Positions 18,712-26,865 of a stretch of 64,000 bases of DNA are shown piece after piece; position 1 is the first letter of the stretch; every line of letters begins with the position of its first letter. The DNA is from an uncultured Candidatus Saccharibacteria bacterium. Lineage in GTDB: Bacteria > Patescibacteriota > Doudnabacteria > UBA920. The notes under the pieces were generated by a model. That model was given only the letters and a program-made list of their open reading frames with translations, had not been told where the DNA came from and searched no databases. The translations under genes and the position numbers were made by a program. The stretch covers positions 6,168 to 70,167 of the forward strand of contig CAYZEI010000003.1 in NCBI GenBank assembly GCA_964477745.1. Reading direction: 5' to 3'.

Positions 18712-20295
18712 TCAATTATTAGTTTTTTCCTCATATTCCTGATAGCGTTTTATGATTATCCCAGCCAATCCTAAATTAATTAAAAAATACATTAGGACTT
18801 TATCATTCAACAAAGTAATATCAAACACTGCCGCTCCCAATATCCACAAGACCATTAAAAAAGCTTGGGCAACAAAATAAACCAAAAAGTCTTCAGTTTT
18901 GCCGTAATGACGAATAAAGCGCCATAAATACTGAAGCACCGACAGCCAAAAAGCCGCAAACAACAAAAACCCTACCAAGCCGGTTTCCACCAGCACTTGT
19001 AAATAAAGACTGTGGGCGGAAATGTATTTGGCCGGCAAATTATATACCTCATTCACTTTTTCACCGACTTCATTATAATTCTGCCCGGTATTTACCTGAT
19101 TGAATGACACAATAAAATTTCCGAACCCCACACCCCACGGATGGGTCAAGAAAAACAAGGACCCATTTTGCCACATATCAATTCGCCCGCGATTGGAGGT
19201 TTCTTTAAGGTCATAAATACTTTGGGCCCGAGCCAGAAAATTTTCCTGAAATTTTTCCACGCGTAAATACCCCAAGGCTTTGTTTATAAACGGGGAAATA
19301 AAAAATAATATAAAAATTATTACAAATGGCCACAAGAATTTTTTGGCCAAATGTTTTTGAAAATTTCTGGCATAAGCCAACGTAACCGCTAAAAACGGCA
19401 AAGCCATTCCTACCCAAACAGCTCTGGTTCCGGAAAGAATTAATGCCAAGCCGGCAAAACGAATTCCCGACCACAGCCACTTTTTAATATGGGTAAACAC
19501 GCTTCTGGTTAAGGCCGTACCCATACAAAGTGCAATAATACAAATATAGGCAAACGATTGAGAGTCAGGCATTATGGAAAACATGCGCAAATCTCGACCA
19601 CCATAAAATGAAAACCAGGAATTGGAATATAATGATACATTAGAAAAATTCTGTCCGTAATAAAGGCGGGTAATGTTGTTTGCCCAATAAACCCAAAAGA
19701 CATCTAAATTAGTTAAAAAAGTACCGAATAGTTGGGTGAAACCCAAAGTTACAATTATAGCCAAGGACCAAATAACATAGCGGATGATTTCAAAAATTTG
19801 CGACTTGCTTTTTAAAGTGTTAATTAAAACCAAATAGAAAAAATAAATATTCACCCAAAATAGCAACAATTTTATTGCCTCTATTCTAAAACTCCCGAAT
19901 GCCATGGCTAAAACAAGCCCCGTTAACGCAAACCAGCCTAAAAATTTGTCCCAAGGTAAAAAAATAATTCCCTTAAAATTAAACTTCTTTTCCCGTGCTA
20001 GCCACACAACAAACAAAGCCAAAAATAGTACCCGCCACATAGACAAGGTGTCAAATTTGGAATTAGGGATAACTACAAAAAACGGTATGGACAAAACTAA
20101 AAGCAAAAGTGATTCATAAATCGGCGCTAGAAATATGAAAGCCAACAACAAACCCAGATTCAACCAAATAAACGCATTTGACCAGCCTAACACTGCGATC
20201 CCTGCAATGCTTACATATTGCCAAACAGTAAAAAATATAATTAATAACTTTAACCGAGGCAAGGCTTTTAATTTTTCCAAAAATTCTTTTGTCAT
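18712..20295 (-). CDS. O-antigen ligase / polymerase-like polytopic membrane protein (Wzy_C family)
   Basis: 527 aa with more than 10 TM helices. The conserved loop SGTRAVWVGMALPF resembles the O-antigen ligase signature region. Confidence 0.6.
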   Translation of the reverse strand: MTKEFLEKLKALPRLKLLIIFFTVWQYVSIAGIAVLGWSNAFIWLNLGLLLAFIFLAPIYESLLLLVLSIPFFVVIPNSKFDTLSMWRVLFLALFVVWLAREKKFNFKGIIFLPWDKFLGWFALTGLVLAMAFGSFRIEAIKLLLFWVNIYFFYLVLINTLKSKSQIFEIIRYVIWSLAIIVTLGFTQLFGTFLTNLDVFWVYWANNITRLYYGQNFSNVSLYSNSWFSFYGGRDLRMFSIMPDSQSFAYICIIALCMGTALTRSVFTHIKKWLWSGIRFAGLALILSGTRAVWVGMALPFLAVTLAYARNFQKHLAKKFLWPFVIIFILFFISPFINKALGYLRVEKFQENFLARAQSIYDLKETSNRGRIDMWQNGSLFFLTHPWGVGFGNFIVSFNQVNTGQNYNEVGEKVNEVYNLPAKYISAHSLYLQVLVETGLVGFLLFAAFWLSVLQYLWRFIRHYGKTEDFLVYFVAQAFLMVLWILGAAVFDITLLNDKVLMYFLINLGLAGIIIKRYQEYEEKTNN

Positions 20296-20308
20296 TATAT
20301 TTTTAAAA

Positions 20309-21430
20309 TTAATTTGAAATTAAAACGTTTAAAGTCTGTCGGGCGCACTTTTCCCAGCTAAAAAATTTCAACCGCTCGTTGCCCTTAAAAACCAAGCTCT
20401 GAGCCAGGGCGGTGTCAAAAATTATTGATTTTAAGGCATTTTTAATATCTTGTGGATTATGAGGATCGAAATAAATGGCCGCTTCTTGGGCCACTTCCGG
20501 CATACTGGAAACCTTGGAAACCGCCACTGGTACGCCGGCGGCAAAAGCCTCCAGGATCTGCATGCCAAAACCTTCATAAAATGCCGGCTGGATTAAGACA
20601 CTGGCCCGTTTTAATATTTCCAAACGGTCCGCGTCAGAAACATAATTTAAATATTCCGCAACGTCTTTATTCTCGTCTAATTTTTTTAAAATTGATTCAA
20701 ATTTCCATCCCGGTCTGCCAACCACCACCAACTTATGTGGGATTTCCGGATATTGATTTTTTAACATTCGGAACGCATCAATTAATCCTTCCAAATTCTT
20801 CCGTGGCTGAAGGGTAGATAAAAACAGCGCATACTTTTCCGGTAAGTCTTTTACCCGATGTTCGCTATTCGCTATTCGCTGTTCGCTAACTTCATATCCA
20901 TGCCATACCACTTCAATTTTTTCCGCCGGAACCTTATAGTATTTTATAATATCTTTTTTGGTACTTTCGGAAACCGCAATAATTTTACTCGCTCGCTTTA
21001 TCGCAAAAGACGTGGAAACTTCCAGAAAATTTCTGGTAAACCAAGTAAAACTTTGGGGGTAAAACTTCCAACCCAAATCATGAATTGTTACCACGGTTTT
21101 TTTAGGATGGATAAGGGGCAACGCGGAAGCCGGAATAAATAAAACATCAACGGGGTTTAATAGCATTTCCCAGCTGATTCTTAATTGAGTCCAAAACAAA
21201 GGGAAAGGCATAACTTTTACCGTAAAATTTTTCGGCAAACTCAATAACCACGGTTCAGGCGTAGACCGTAAATACAGCCGATACTCATTTTGCAAATCTA
21301 TTTTGGCCAAATGCAAAATCAGCTGTTTAGCATAATGCTCGACCCCGGTTTTAGCTGGGCTATTAGCCCTCTGGGCTTCTATTCCGATTATCATTCTATT
21401 ATTATATAAGACTTTAACCACTCTCGCCAC
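20309..21430 (-). CDS. glycosyltransferase family 1 (GT4)
   Basis: LSTLQPRKNLEGLIDAFRML...VVVGRPGWKFESI...EGFGMQILEAFAAGVPVAVSKVSSMPEV. It contains an in-frame (TTCGCTA)4 tract at 20862-20893. Confidence 0.85.
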   Translation of the reverse strand: MARVVKVLYNNRMIIGIEAQRANSPAKTGVEHYAKQLILHLAKIDLQNEYRLYLRSTPEPWLLSLPKNFTVKVMPFPLFWTQLRISWEMLLNPVDVLFIPASALPLIHPKKTVVTIHDLGWKFYPQSFTWFTRNFLEVSTSFAIKRASKIIAVSESTKKDIIKYYKVPAEKIEVVWHGYEVSEQRIANSEHRVKDLPEKYALFLSTLQPRKNLEGLIDAFRMLKNQYPEIPHKLVVVGRPGWKFESILKKLDENKDVAEYLNYVSDADRLEILKRASVLIQPAFYEGFGMQILEAFAAGVPVAVSKVSSMPEVAQEAAIYFDPHNPQDIKNALKSIIFDTALAQSLVFKGNERLKFFSWEKCARQTLNVLISN

Positions 21431-21560
21431 CTATCTAATATTGTAATGCTTTCGATAACGGCAAAAACTCTTACCGCTCACCATATAATACCTAACAAGA
21501 GCCCAAAATAGTGGGATAATTTAACTGTATTAAAAATTTGAAATATGATTCTATACAATA

Positions 21561-21590
21561 AAAGCCCCTTTTTACCGGGGCTTTTATTTG
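21561..21590. terminator. bidirectional intrinsic terminator
   Basis: AAAGCCCC-tttttacc-GGGGCTTT flanked by A- and T-runs, downstream of minus-strand gene 21629..22375. Confidence 0.65.
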
Positions 21591-21628
21591 AAGATCAACA
21601 TGCAATCTTTAAATCTCTTTTGGTCATT

Positions 21629-22375
21629 TTACTTGGCAAATTGAAATCCCGCTATCACGCTTTGCAATTGTTGCCATACAAGATCGGTATTCGGTTGATT
21701 TCCATTACCATCACCGGAAGTCCAAAGGTTCAACTGAATTTCGTACCACATATCATTATGGTTGACGTGGTAAACTTTAACATGCGATTGAGTTCCCGCG
21801 GCTGCCCCATCTTTTAATGCCATACCATATTTTATGCCACTAATGGTAACTGTATTATTCAATTGTAAAGTATCAATTACCGGCGGCGGAACCCCTTGCT
21901 TTTTATCTACAGCTGAAAAAAAATAATCGCCACCTGACGCTGAATTATTTATGGAAATAAGCACATCTGCGCGAGTTACGCCTGAAGGCAAAGCGGACTT
22001 GGGCAATGAAAATAAAGCTACCCCCAAACCAAATCTATCCAAATAGTTTAATGTTCCTTCCGACAAATCAAGACCATCAGCCCCTGTAACTTTTAACGTA
22101 AAATCTGTCGGATATTTCACACTAAAACCATAATCTTTACTTGTATAAGTTTTTGTGGTTGAAGTTTGGGTCGGTGTAGGTTGGACTTGGGTATTGGCGG
22201 GCGGTGTCGTTTGCTGTACGGGCGGTGTTACTTGAGTATTGCTTGGGGTGGCACCAGGCTGACTTTCAACCACGGGCGGATTTGAACCACAACCAGCCGC
22301 CAGTAAAAATACTGAGGAGATTAGAACTAACTTTTTAAACGCTTGCTCTGTCAAAGTTTTCCCTTTAAATAACAA
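21629..22375 (-). CDS. hypothetical lipoprotein (lipobox LLAAGC, Pro/Thr/Gln-rich linker)
   Basis: The signal peptide plus Cys lipobox is MLFKGKTLTEQAFKKLVLISSVFLLAAGCGS, followed by a TPPVQQTTPPANTQVQPTPTQT linker and a beta-rich domain. Confidence 0.6.
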   Translation of the reverse strand: MLFKGKTLTEQAFKKLVLISSVFLLAAGCGSNPPVVESQPGATPSNTQVTPPVQQTTPPANTQVQPTPTQTSTTKTYTSKDYGFSVKYPTDFTLKVTGADGLDLSEGTLNYLDRFGLGVALFSLPKSALPSGVTRADVLISINNSASGGDYFFSAVDKKQGVPPPVIDTLQLNNTVTISGIKYGMALKDGAAAGTQSHVKVYHVNHNDMWYEIQLNLWTSGDGNGNQPNTDLVWQQLQSVIAGFQFAK

Positions 22376-22431
22376 ATTAACATTTTCTAATTATAAAAAG
22401 AAAATAATTACTATTCGTTGTGTGTTCTTTT

Positions 22432-22662
22432 TTATTTTACAACCTTGGTAGAGGTCGGGGTTTTTGCTTGCTCTGCGGGGACCTTATTAATAGGTTTTGC
22501 TTCCCGACGAGTAAAAAAAGTCATGGAGTTAATATCATCTTGCAACTGGTTATTGAACGCCACCATTGCTATTACACCGCCGGCAACCATACCGACTACA
22601 AAAATTATAACAATTCCCCAAAAACTTTTTATATGCTTTGGGTTAGATGGATTTGTGATCAT
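22432..22662 (-). CDS. hypothetical single-pass membrane protein
   Basis: 76 aa with TM segment FWGIVIIFVVGMVAGGVIAMVAF and a Lys/Thr-rich tail. Confidence 0.35.
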   Translation of the reverse strand: MITNPSNPKHIKSFWGIVIIFVVGMVAGGVIAMVAFNNQLQDDINSMTFFTRREAKPINKVPAEQAKTPTSTKVVK

Positions 22663-22709
22663 TTTTATTTTTATTACTTTTAATATAATTAATTATAGCA
22701 CAAATTCCC

Positions 22710-23144
22710 CTATTTTAAAACTTTCCGTTTTAACAAACTGCTTTTATGCACTTTAGGTTTATACGCTTTTAAACGGCAAATTTTAGGTCTAAGACCCGCT
22801 TTACCCAAATCCCGCTTTAAGTTGTCCACATATGCTGTTTGGTCATAACCCAACGCAATTATTCCTGGGTGTTCTTTTATAATATGCGGTAAGTACGATT
22901 TAAGACCACCCAAAACGCATTTTTCCGCCAAGCCACATTTTTTTACCTTAATAAGCCGTTGCTGCTGATTTAAGGTAGGTTTGTGGCCTTTAATTTTTTT
23001 TACGTTTAGATCCCGAGCAACAGAAACAATAAGGTATGGATTTTTGACCAACGATCGAGCCTGTTTAAAAAAATTTAAATGCCCCTTGTGCAAAATGTCA
23101 AAAGTTCCGAACACCATAATTTTGGTTTGAGATTTTTTTTCCAT
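22710..23144 (-). CDS. cytidylyltransferase-like nucleotidyltransferase (HxGH motif; TagD/RibL-like)
   Basis: MVFGTFDILHKGHLNFF is the classic (T/H)xGH nucleotidyltransferase motif. About 140 aa. Confidence 0.6.
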   Translation of the reverse strand: MEKKSQTKIMVFGTFDILHKGHLNFFKQARSLVKNPYLIVSVARDLNVKKIKGHKPTLNQQQRLIKVKKCGLAEKCVLGGLKSYLPHIIKEHPGIIALGYDQTAYVDNLKRDLGKAGLRPKICRLKAYKPKVHKSSLLKRKVLK

Positions 23145-23158
23145 ATTAGATTTTAGAT

Positions 23159-24601
23159 TTATGCTTGAGGCGATTTAAACAACCCTTTCAAAATTTGAAT
23201 ATCTCCTCTACCCAAAAACCCTGTCAGCACCAGCGCCAGAAAATATACTCCGGCTCCGATTGGCAAAGTAATCAGCAAAGAGGCTTCACGAATCTGCCAA
23301 AGAACGGCGCCCATAACTAAGGCAGACAACACCGGTTTTAGCCACAGTCCGCTAAAACTAAATTGCACAATATTTTTTCTAATAAAATAAAAATAAAATA
23401 CCCCTTGAATAAATTCCGAAATTACCGTCATAACAGCTGCTGCTTTTATACCATAGAGCGGGATGAGGAAAAAATTTCCCACGGTATTTATAATTACATT
23501 TGCTCCGGTAACCAATAATGCTTTTTTGGTTAATTGAGATATAACCAAAGCGTTTGCTGGAATATAAATAAATAAAATTGCCGGCGCCCAAATTAAAATT
23601 GACAATACTCCTGCCGCCTGGGCATATTCCGGACCGGCAAGCAGGGAAATTAATTTTGAAGATAAGACGCTCCCGCCAATAGCCATTGGCACGGCTGCCA
23701 GGATCATTAATTTTAAATATTTTTCCAAGTTCTCTTTAACTTCCAAAAGTGCATTTTTTGACATTAGACCGGCAAAAAATGGAAATAAAGTATATGACAC
23801 CACGGACGGGAAAAAACCCAAAAGATCAAAAATTTTGTATGCCGCGGTATAAAAACCGGTTTGCTCATATCCTTTTAAAAAGGTAATTAACAAAACATCA
23901 ATCCGGTTATAAATCGCACTAAACCCAACCAATAACGCAAACGGCCAACCTTGTTTTAAAATTTCCCAAATTGGTTTAAGTTCAAATTTAAAGACGGACT
24001 TTAGTACATTAGCCTGAGGCAAATGTTTTGCCACAAAAATTTTATACAACACCAAATCCATAAGCCCAAACAGTAACTGTACGCTGGCTAGAAAAACAAT
24101 GTGCTTATGAAAAATTATGGCCGAAAAAATTATCGCAATATTTACCAGGGAATTCAAAAAATTTATTAACGCGACTTTGCGCATATCCTGAAACGCAGCC
24201 ATAACCGCCAAGTAGGGATAGGTTAAGGCATTTGCCACCAGGCCCAAGCCCGCAACACATATGGCGTAAAACACCTCTCTGTCATAACCTTTAAAATAGG
24301 CTAAAACTACCAAGACAATATATAAACTTACCGATGCCAGAATTTCAAAACTAAAAAAATCTTGGAAGTATTTTTTTGCATTCTGAGGCTCTTCACTTAT
24401 TTTTTTGGTAATAAATTGTTGGATTCCAAAATCCACAATTGTGGCAAAAATCAACACATAAGACAAAACAAACTGGTACTGGCCGGAAAAATACGGCCCC
24501 AAATAACGAAACAGCCTGGTGTAGGCCACAAATAAAAAAACCAAGGCCAGAACTCGTGAGGCGGTTAACCAAAAAATATTTTTAGAAATATTCACACTCA
24601 T
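23159..24601 (-). CDS. oligosaccharide flippase (Wzx-like, MOP superfamily polysaccharide biosynthesis protein)
   Basis: 480 aa with about 12-14 TM helices. The N-terminus SKNIFWLTASRVLALVFLFVAYTRLFRYLGP is typical of PST/Wzx family members. Confidence 0.75.
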   Translation of the reverse strand: MSVNISKNIFWLTASRVLALVFLFVAYTRLFRYLGPYFSGQYQFVLSYVLIFATIVDFGIQQFITKKISEEPQNAKKYFQDFFSFEILASVSLYIVLVVLAYFKGYDREVFYAICVAGLGLVANALTYPYLAVMAAFQDMRKVALINFLNSLVNIAIIFSAIIFHKHIVFLASVQLLFGLMDLVLYKIFVAKHLPQANVLKSVFKFELKPIWEILKQGWPFALLVGFSAIYNRIDVLLITFLKGYEQTGFYTAAYKIFDLLGFFPSVVSYTLFPFFAGLMSKNALLEVKENLEKYLKLMILAAVPMAIGGSVLSSKLISLLAGPEYAQAAGVLSILIWAPAILFIYIPANALVISQLTKKALLVTGANVIINTVGNFFLIPLYGIKAAAVMTVISEFIQGVFYFYFIRKNIVQFSFSGLWLKPVLSALVMGAVLWQIREASLLITLPIGAGVYFLALVLTGFLGRGDIQILKGLFKSPQA

Positions 24602-24708
24602 TAAGAAAAATTTAGTAAATTAAGACAGATTAAAAATTATCTGTCTTAATTCTATCAAATTTAGGGAAAACTGTCTTTGGGTCAAAAAATGTATGATATA
24701 ATTAAGTC

Positions 24709-26070
24709 ATGATAAAACAAAAAATAATTTTAATATTTCTTCTGGTAATTTCCTTTGGTTTTTTTAATTCCGCATCTGCAACCCAACCGCCGGAAACAAT
24801 CACAACGTCAACAGCAAGCACGACAACCCCTCTGGTGCTTGGTTTGCAAACCCCAAATATTCCGCCGATTATTTCCGCGGTTAAAGATGCAAAAATCAAA
24901 TTGGCGTCCATAACTTTAAACCATGCCCTTGTGCCGGTTTATAAAAACGTGAAAAATAAAAAAACCGGAAAGACAGAAAAAATTATTTCCAGTTATAAAT
25001 TAGGCGACAAGGATATTGCCTTGGCAATATTGGATCCAAACACAAACCAAACCATTCTTACGGTTGGTAGACAAAACGGGAAAAAAATGGTCTTCCCGGA
25101 CCAGAGTGTTGATGTGTCTTTGACCACCTTTAATGGAGTTAACAGTAAATTTAAAGTCAATTCGCCCAGCAATGGACAAATAGTGGCTTTAAAATATTTA
25201 ATTAGCCCAAAAGAGTCCGGAAGTAAATCTGCAATTGAACAAAGCCTGTACGAAGCAGTATATGTCCCCTATTCACAAAGTTTTAATGACCCTGCGGTAC
25301 TGGCTTATGGTTCCGATTACTTAAACGGGATTATAAACAGAGTGGCTGACGATTTAAAAAATATTCCCTCCAATTCTGTTCCGGGAAAAACTATAACCGA
25401 AGCCATCACCCCGGCATTAATTAAATCTTTAGTTTATGCCGAACATACCGACACCGGCAAGGTTTTAAACAGTACTGACATAAAAAGTACCATTGACCAG
25501 CTCAATATTATTTTTGCGCTTAACGAAGGCGACGCATATAAATACAGCGTCTCTACTGCCAATGCCCGAGGAATTGCGCAATTTATCCCATCAACCTACG
25601 CTTCACTTACCACCAGACACGCAGATGCCAATTTAATTCCGGATTTTGTGACCGGAATGTCTGACCATGAAAATTCAATTAAAGCTATGTACATATTACT
25701 GGATGATTACGCCGGCACAGTTAGGGTAAAAGCCCGGATGGGCTTTGCCGAAGGTCGGGTATTTGAATACGGAGCAGCTTCCTACAACGGTGGCACTACC
25801 CGTGTAGCTAAAGCAGTTAATTTGTACGGTGATATGTGGAATGAAGACCGCAGTGGGCAAGAAAATGCCACCAAATTGGCCATTGCCAATTTAAAATCCA
25901 AAATTAAAAAAACCGCCGACAAAAAGACTAAGGCTTCCCTACAAATTCAGTTGGCGGAAGAAAATACCAAACTCACAAACTTACAATCCGGAACCCTGCG
26001 CAATGAAACCGTAAACTACTTAAAAAAGATTTACAAAGTCATTCAATACTTCAACGGACAAGAAGTCTAA
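24709..26070 (+). CDS. secreted protein with lytic transglycosylase (SLT-like) motif
   Basis: Signal peptide MIKQKIILIFLLVISFGFFNSASA. ARGIAQFIPSTYASL matches the SLT-domain G(L/I)(M/A)Q(F/I)xPST signature. Confidence 0.5.
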   Translation: MIKQKIILIFLLVISFGFFNSASATQPPETITTSTASTTTPLVLGLQTPNIPPIISAVKDAKIKLASITLNHALVPVYKNVKNKKTGKTEKIISSYKLGDKDIALAILDPNTNQTILTVGRQNGKKMVFPDQSVDVSLTTFNGVNSKFKVNSPSNGQIVALKYLISPKESGSKSAIEQSLYEAVYVPYSQSFNDPAVLAYGSDYLNGIINRVADDLKNIPSNSVPGKTITEAITPALIKSLVYAEHTDTGKVLNSTDIKSTIDQLNIIFALNEGDAYKYSVSTANARGIAQFIPSTYASLTTRHADANLIPDFVTGMSDHENSIKAMYILLDDYAGTVRVKARMGFAEGRVFEYGAASYNGGTTRVAKAVNLYGDMWNEDRSGQENATKLAIANLKSKIKKTADKKTKASLQIQLAEENTKLTNLQSGTLRNETVNYLKKIYKVIQYFNGQEV

Positions 26071-26098
26071 TTTCAACAGCTAGGTATATAAAATCATT

Positions 26099-26140
26099 AA
26101 TGGTCCAGAGGGTTACATCCCCTGGACCATTTTCGTTTCG
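26099..26140 (+). terminator. intrinsic terminator after 24709..26070
   Basis: AATGGTCCAGAGGG-ttacatc-CCCTGGACCATT then TTTCGTTTCG. Confidence 0.65.
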
Positions 26141-26147
26141 CCGATTT

Positions 26148-26759
26148 CTAGCGGCGCCAGTCCTGGCGCCTGATAAGACTATCCGCGATTAACGAGTCGT
26201 AGACAGAAGTCATTTTGAATACTTCAACCATCAACTCGTACCGAGTAGAATCGCTCAAGCCACCACTACGAGACAGCTCCGCACCCAGTCGTTCATAGGC
26301 TTGAGGGTAGACCACCACGGCAACAGATCTCCAATTCTTGGCGGCGGCGCGAAGCATGGTGGGACCACCAATGTCGATCTGCTCGACGAGCTGATCGAAC
26401 GTCAAACCGGACTTTTTTGAGGCGACCGCGAAGTCGTACAGATTGACCACCACCATTTCGATCGGTTCAATTCCGTGTTCAATAATGGACGCCATGTCGC
26501 CAGCGTTATCGCGACGGGCGAGGATGCCTCCCGCGACTTTGTGAGATAAAGTCTTGACCCTGCCTCCCATCATCTCTGGGATCCCTGTGAGATCGGAAAT
26601 ATCCCGGACAGACAGGCAGGCATCGCGCAAAACCTTAGCGGTTCCGCCAGTTGAGACCAGCTCGACTCCTATGCTTGTAAGGATTCGAGCAAATTCTACA
26701 ATTCCGGTCTTGTCAGTGACGCTTAGTAACGCCCTGAAAATTGGCCGAATTTCTTTCAT
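26148..26759 (-). CDS. stand-alone PurH N-terminal (MGS-like / IMP cyclohydrolase) domain protein, in a GC-rich insert
   Basis: 203 aa. ALLSVTDKTGIVEFARILTSIGVELVSTGGTAKVL...GGRVKTLSHKVAGGILARRD...MVVVNLYDF...DIGGPTMLRAAAKN aligns by eye with the first ~200 aa of bifunctional PurH. Local G+C is about 53% against about 40% for its neighbours, by my 60-nt counts. Confidence 0.7.
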   Translation of the reverse strand: MKEIRPIFRALLSVTDKTGIVEFARILTSIGVELVSTGGTAKVLRDACLSVRDISDLTGIPEMMGGRVKTLSHKVAGGILARRDNAGDMASIIEHGIEPIEMVVVNLYDFAVASKKSGLTFDQLVEQIDIGGPTMLRAAAKNWRSVAVVVYPQAYERLGAELSRSGGLSDSTRYELMVEVFKMTSVYDSLIADSLIRRQDWRR

Positions 26760-26821
26760 GGAGCCTCCTACAATTTACAAACGTGGGTAGATTCTATTAC
26801 AAAACGGCAATAAAGTCAAAA

Positions 26822-26856
26822 CAAAAACTCCGCGCATTGGCCGCGGAGTTTTGTTT
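26822..26856. terminator. bidirectional intrinsic terminator (downstream of minus gene 26866..28749)
   Basis: AAAACTCCGCG-cattggc-CGCGGAGTTTT. Confidence 0.65.
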
Positions 26857-26865
26857 CAAATATTT

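Noticed and set aside
22418-22756. Plus-strand ORFs 22418..22756 and 22420..22683
   Set aside because: They overlap the better-supported minus-strand small membrane protein 22432..22662 and the 3' end of 22710..23144, with unusual composition. They are likely non-coding.
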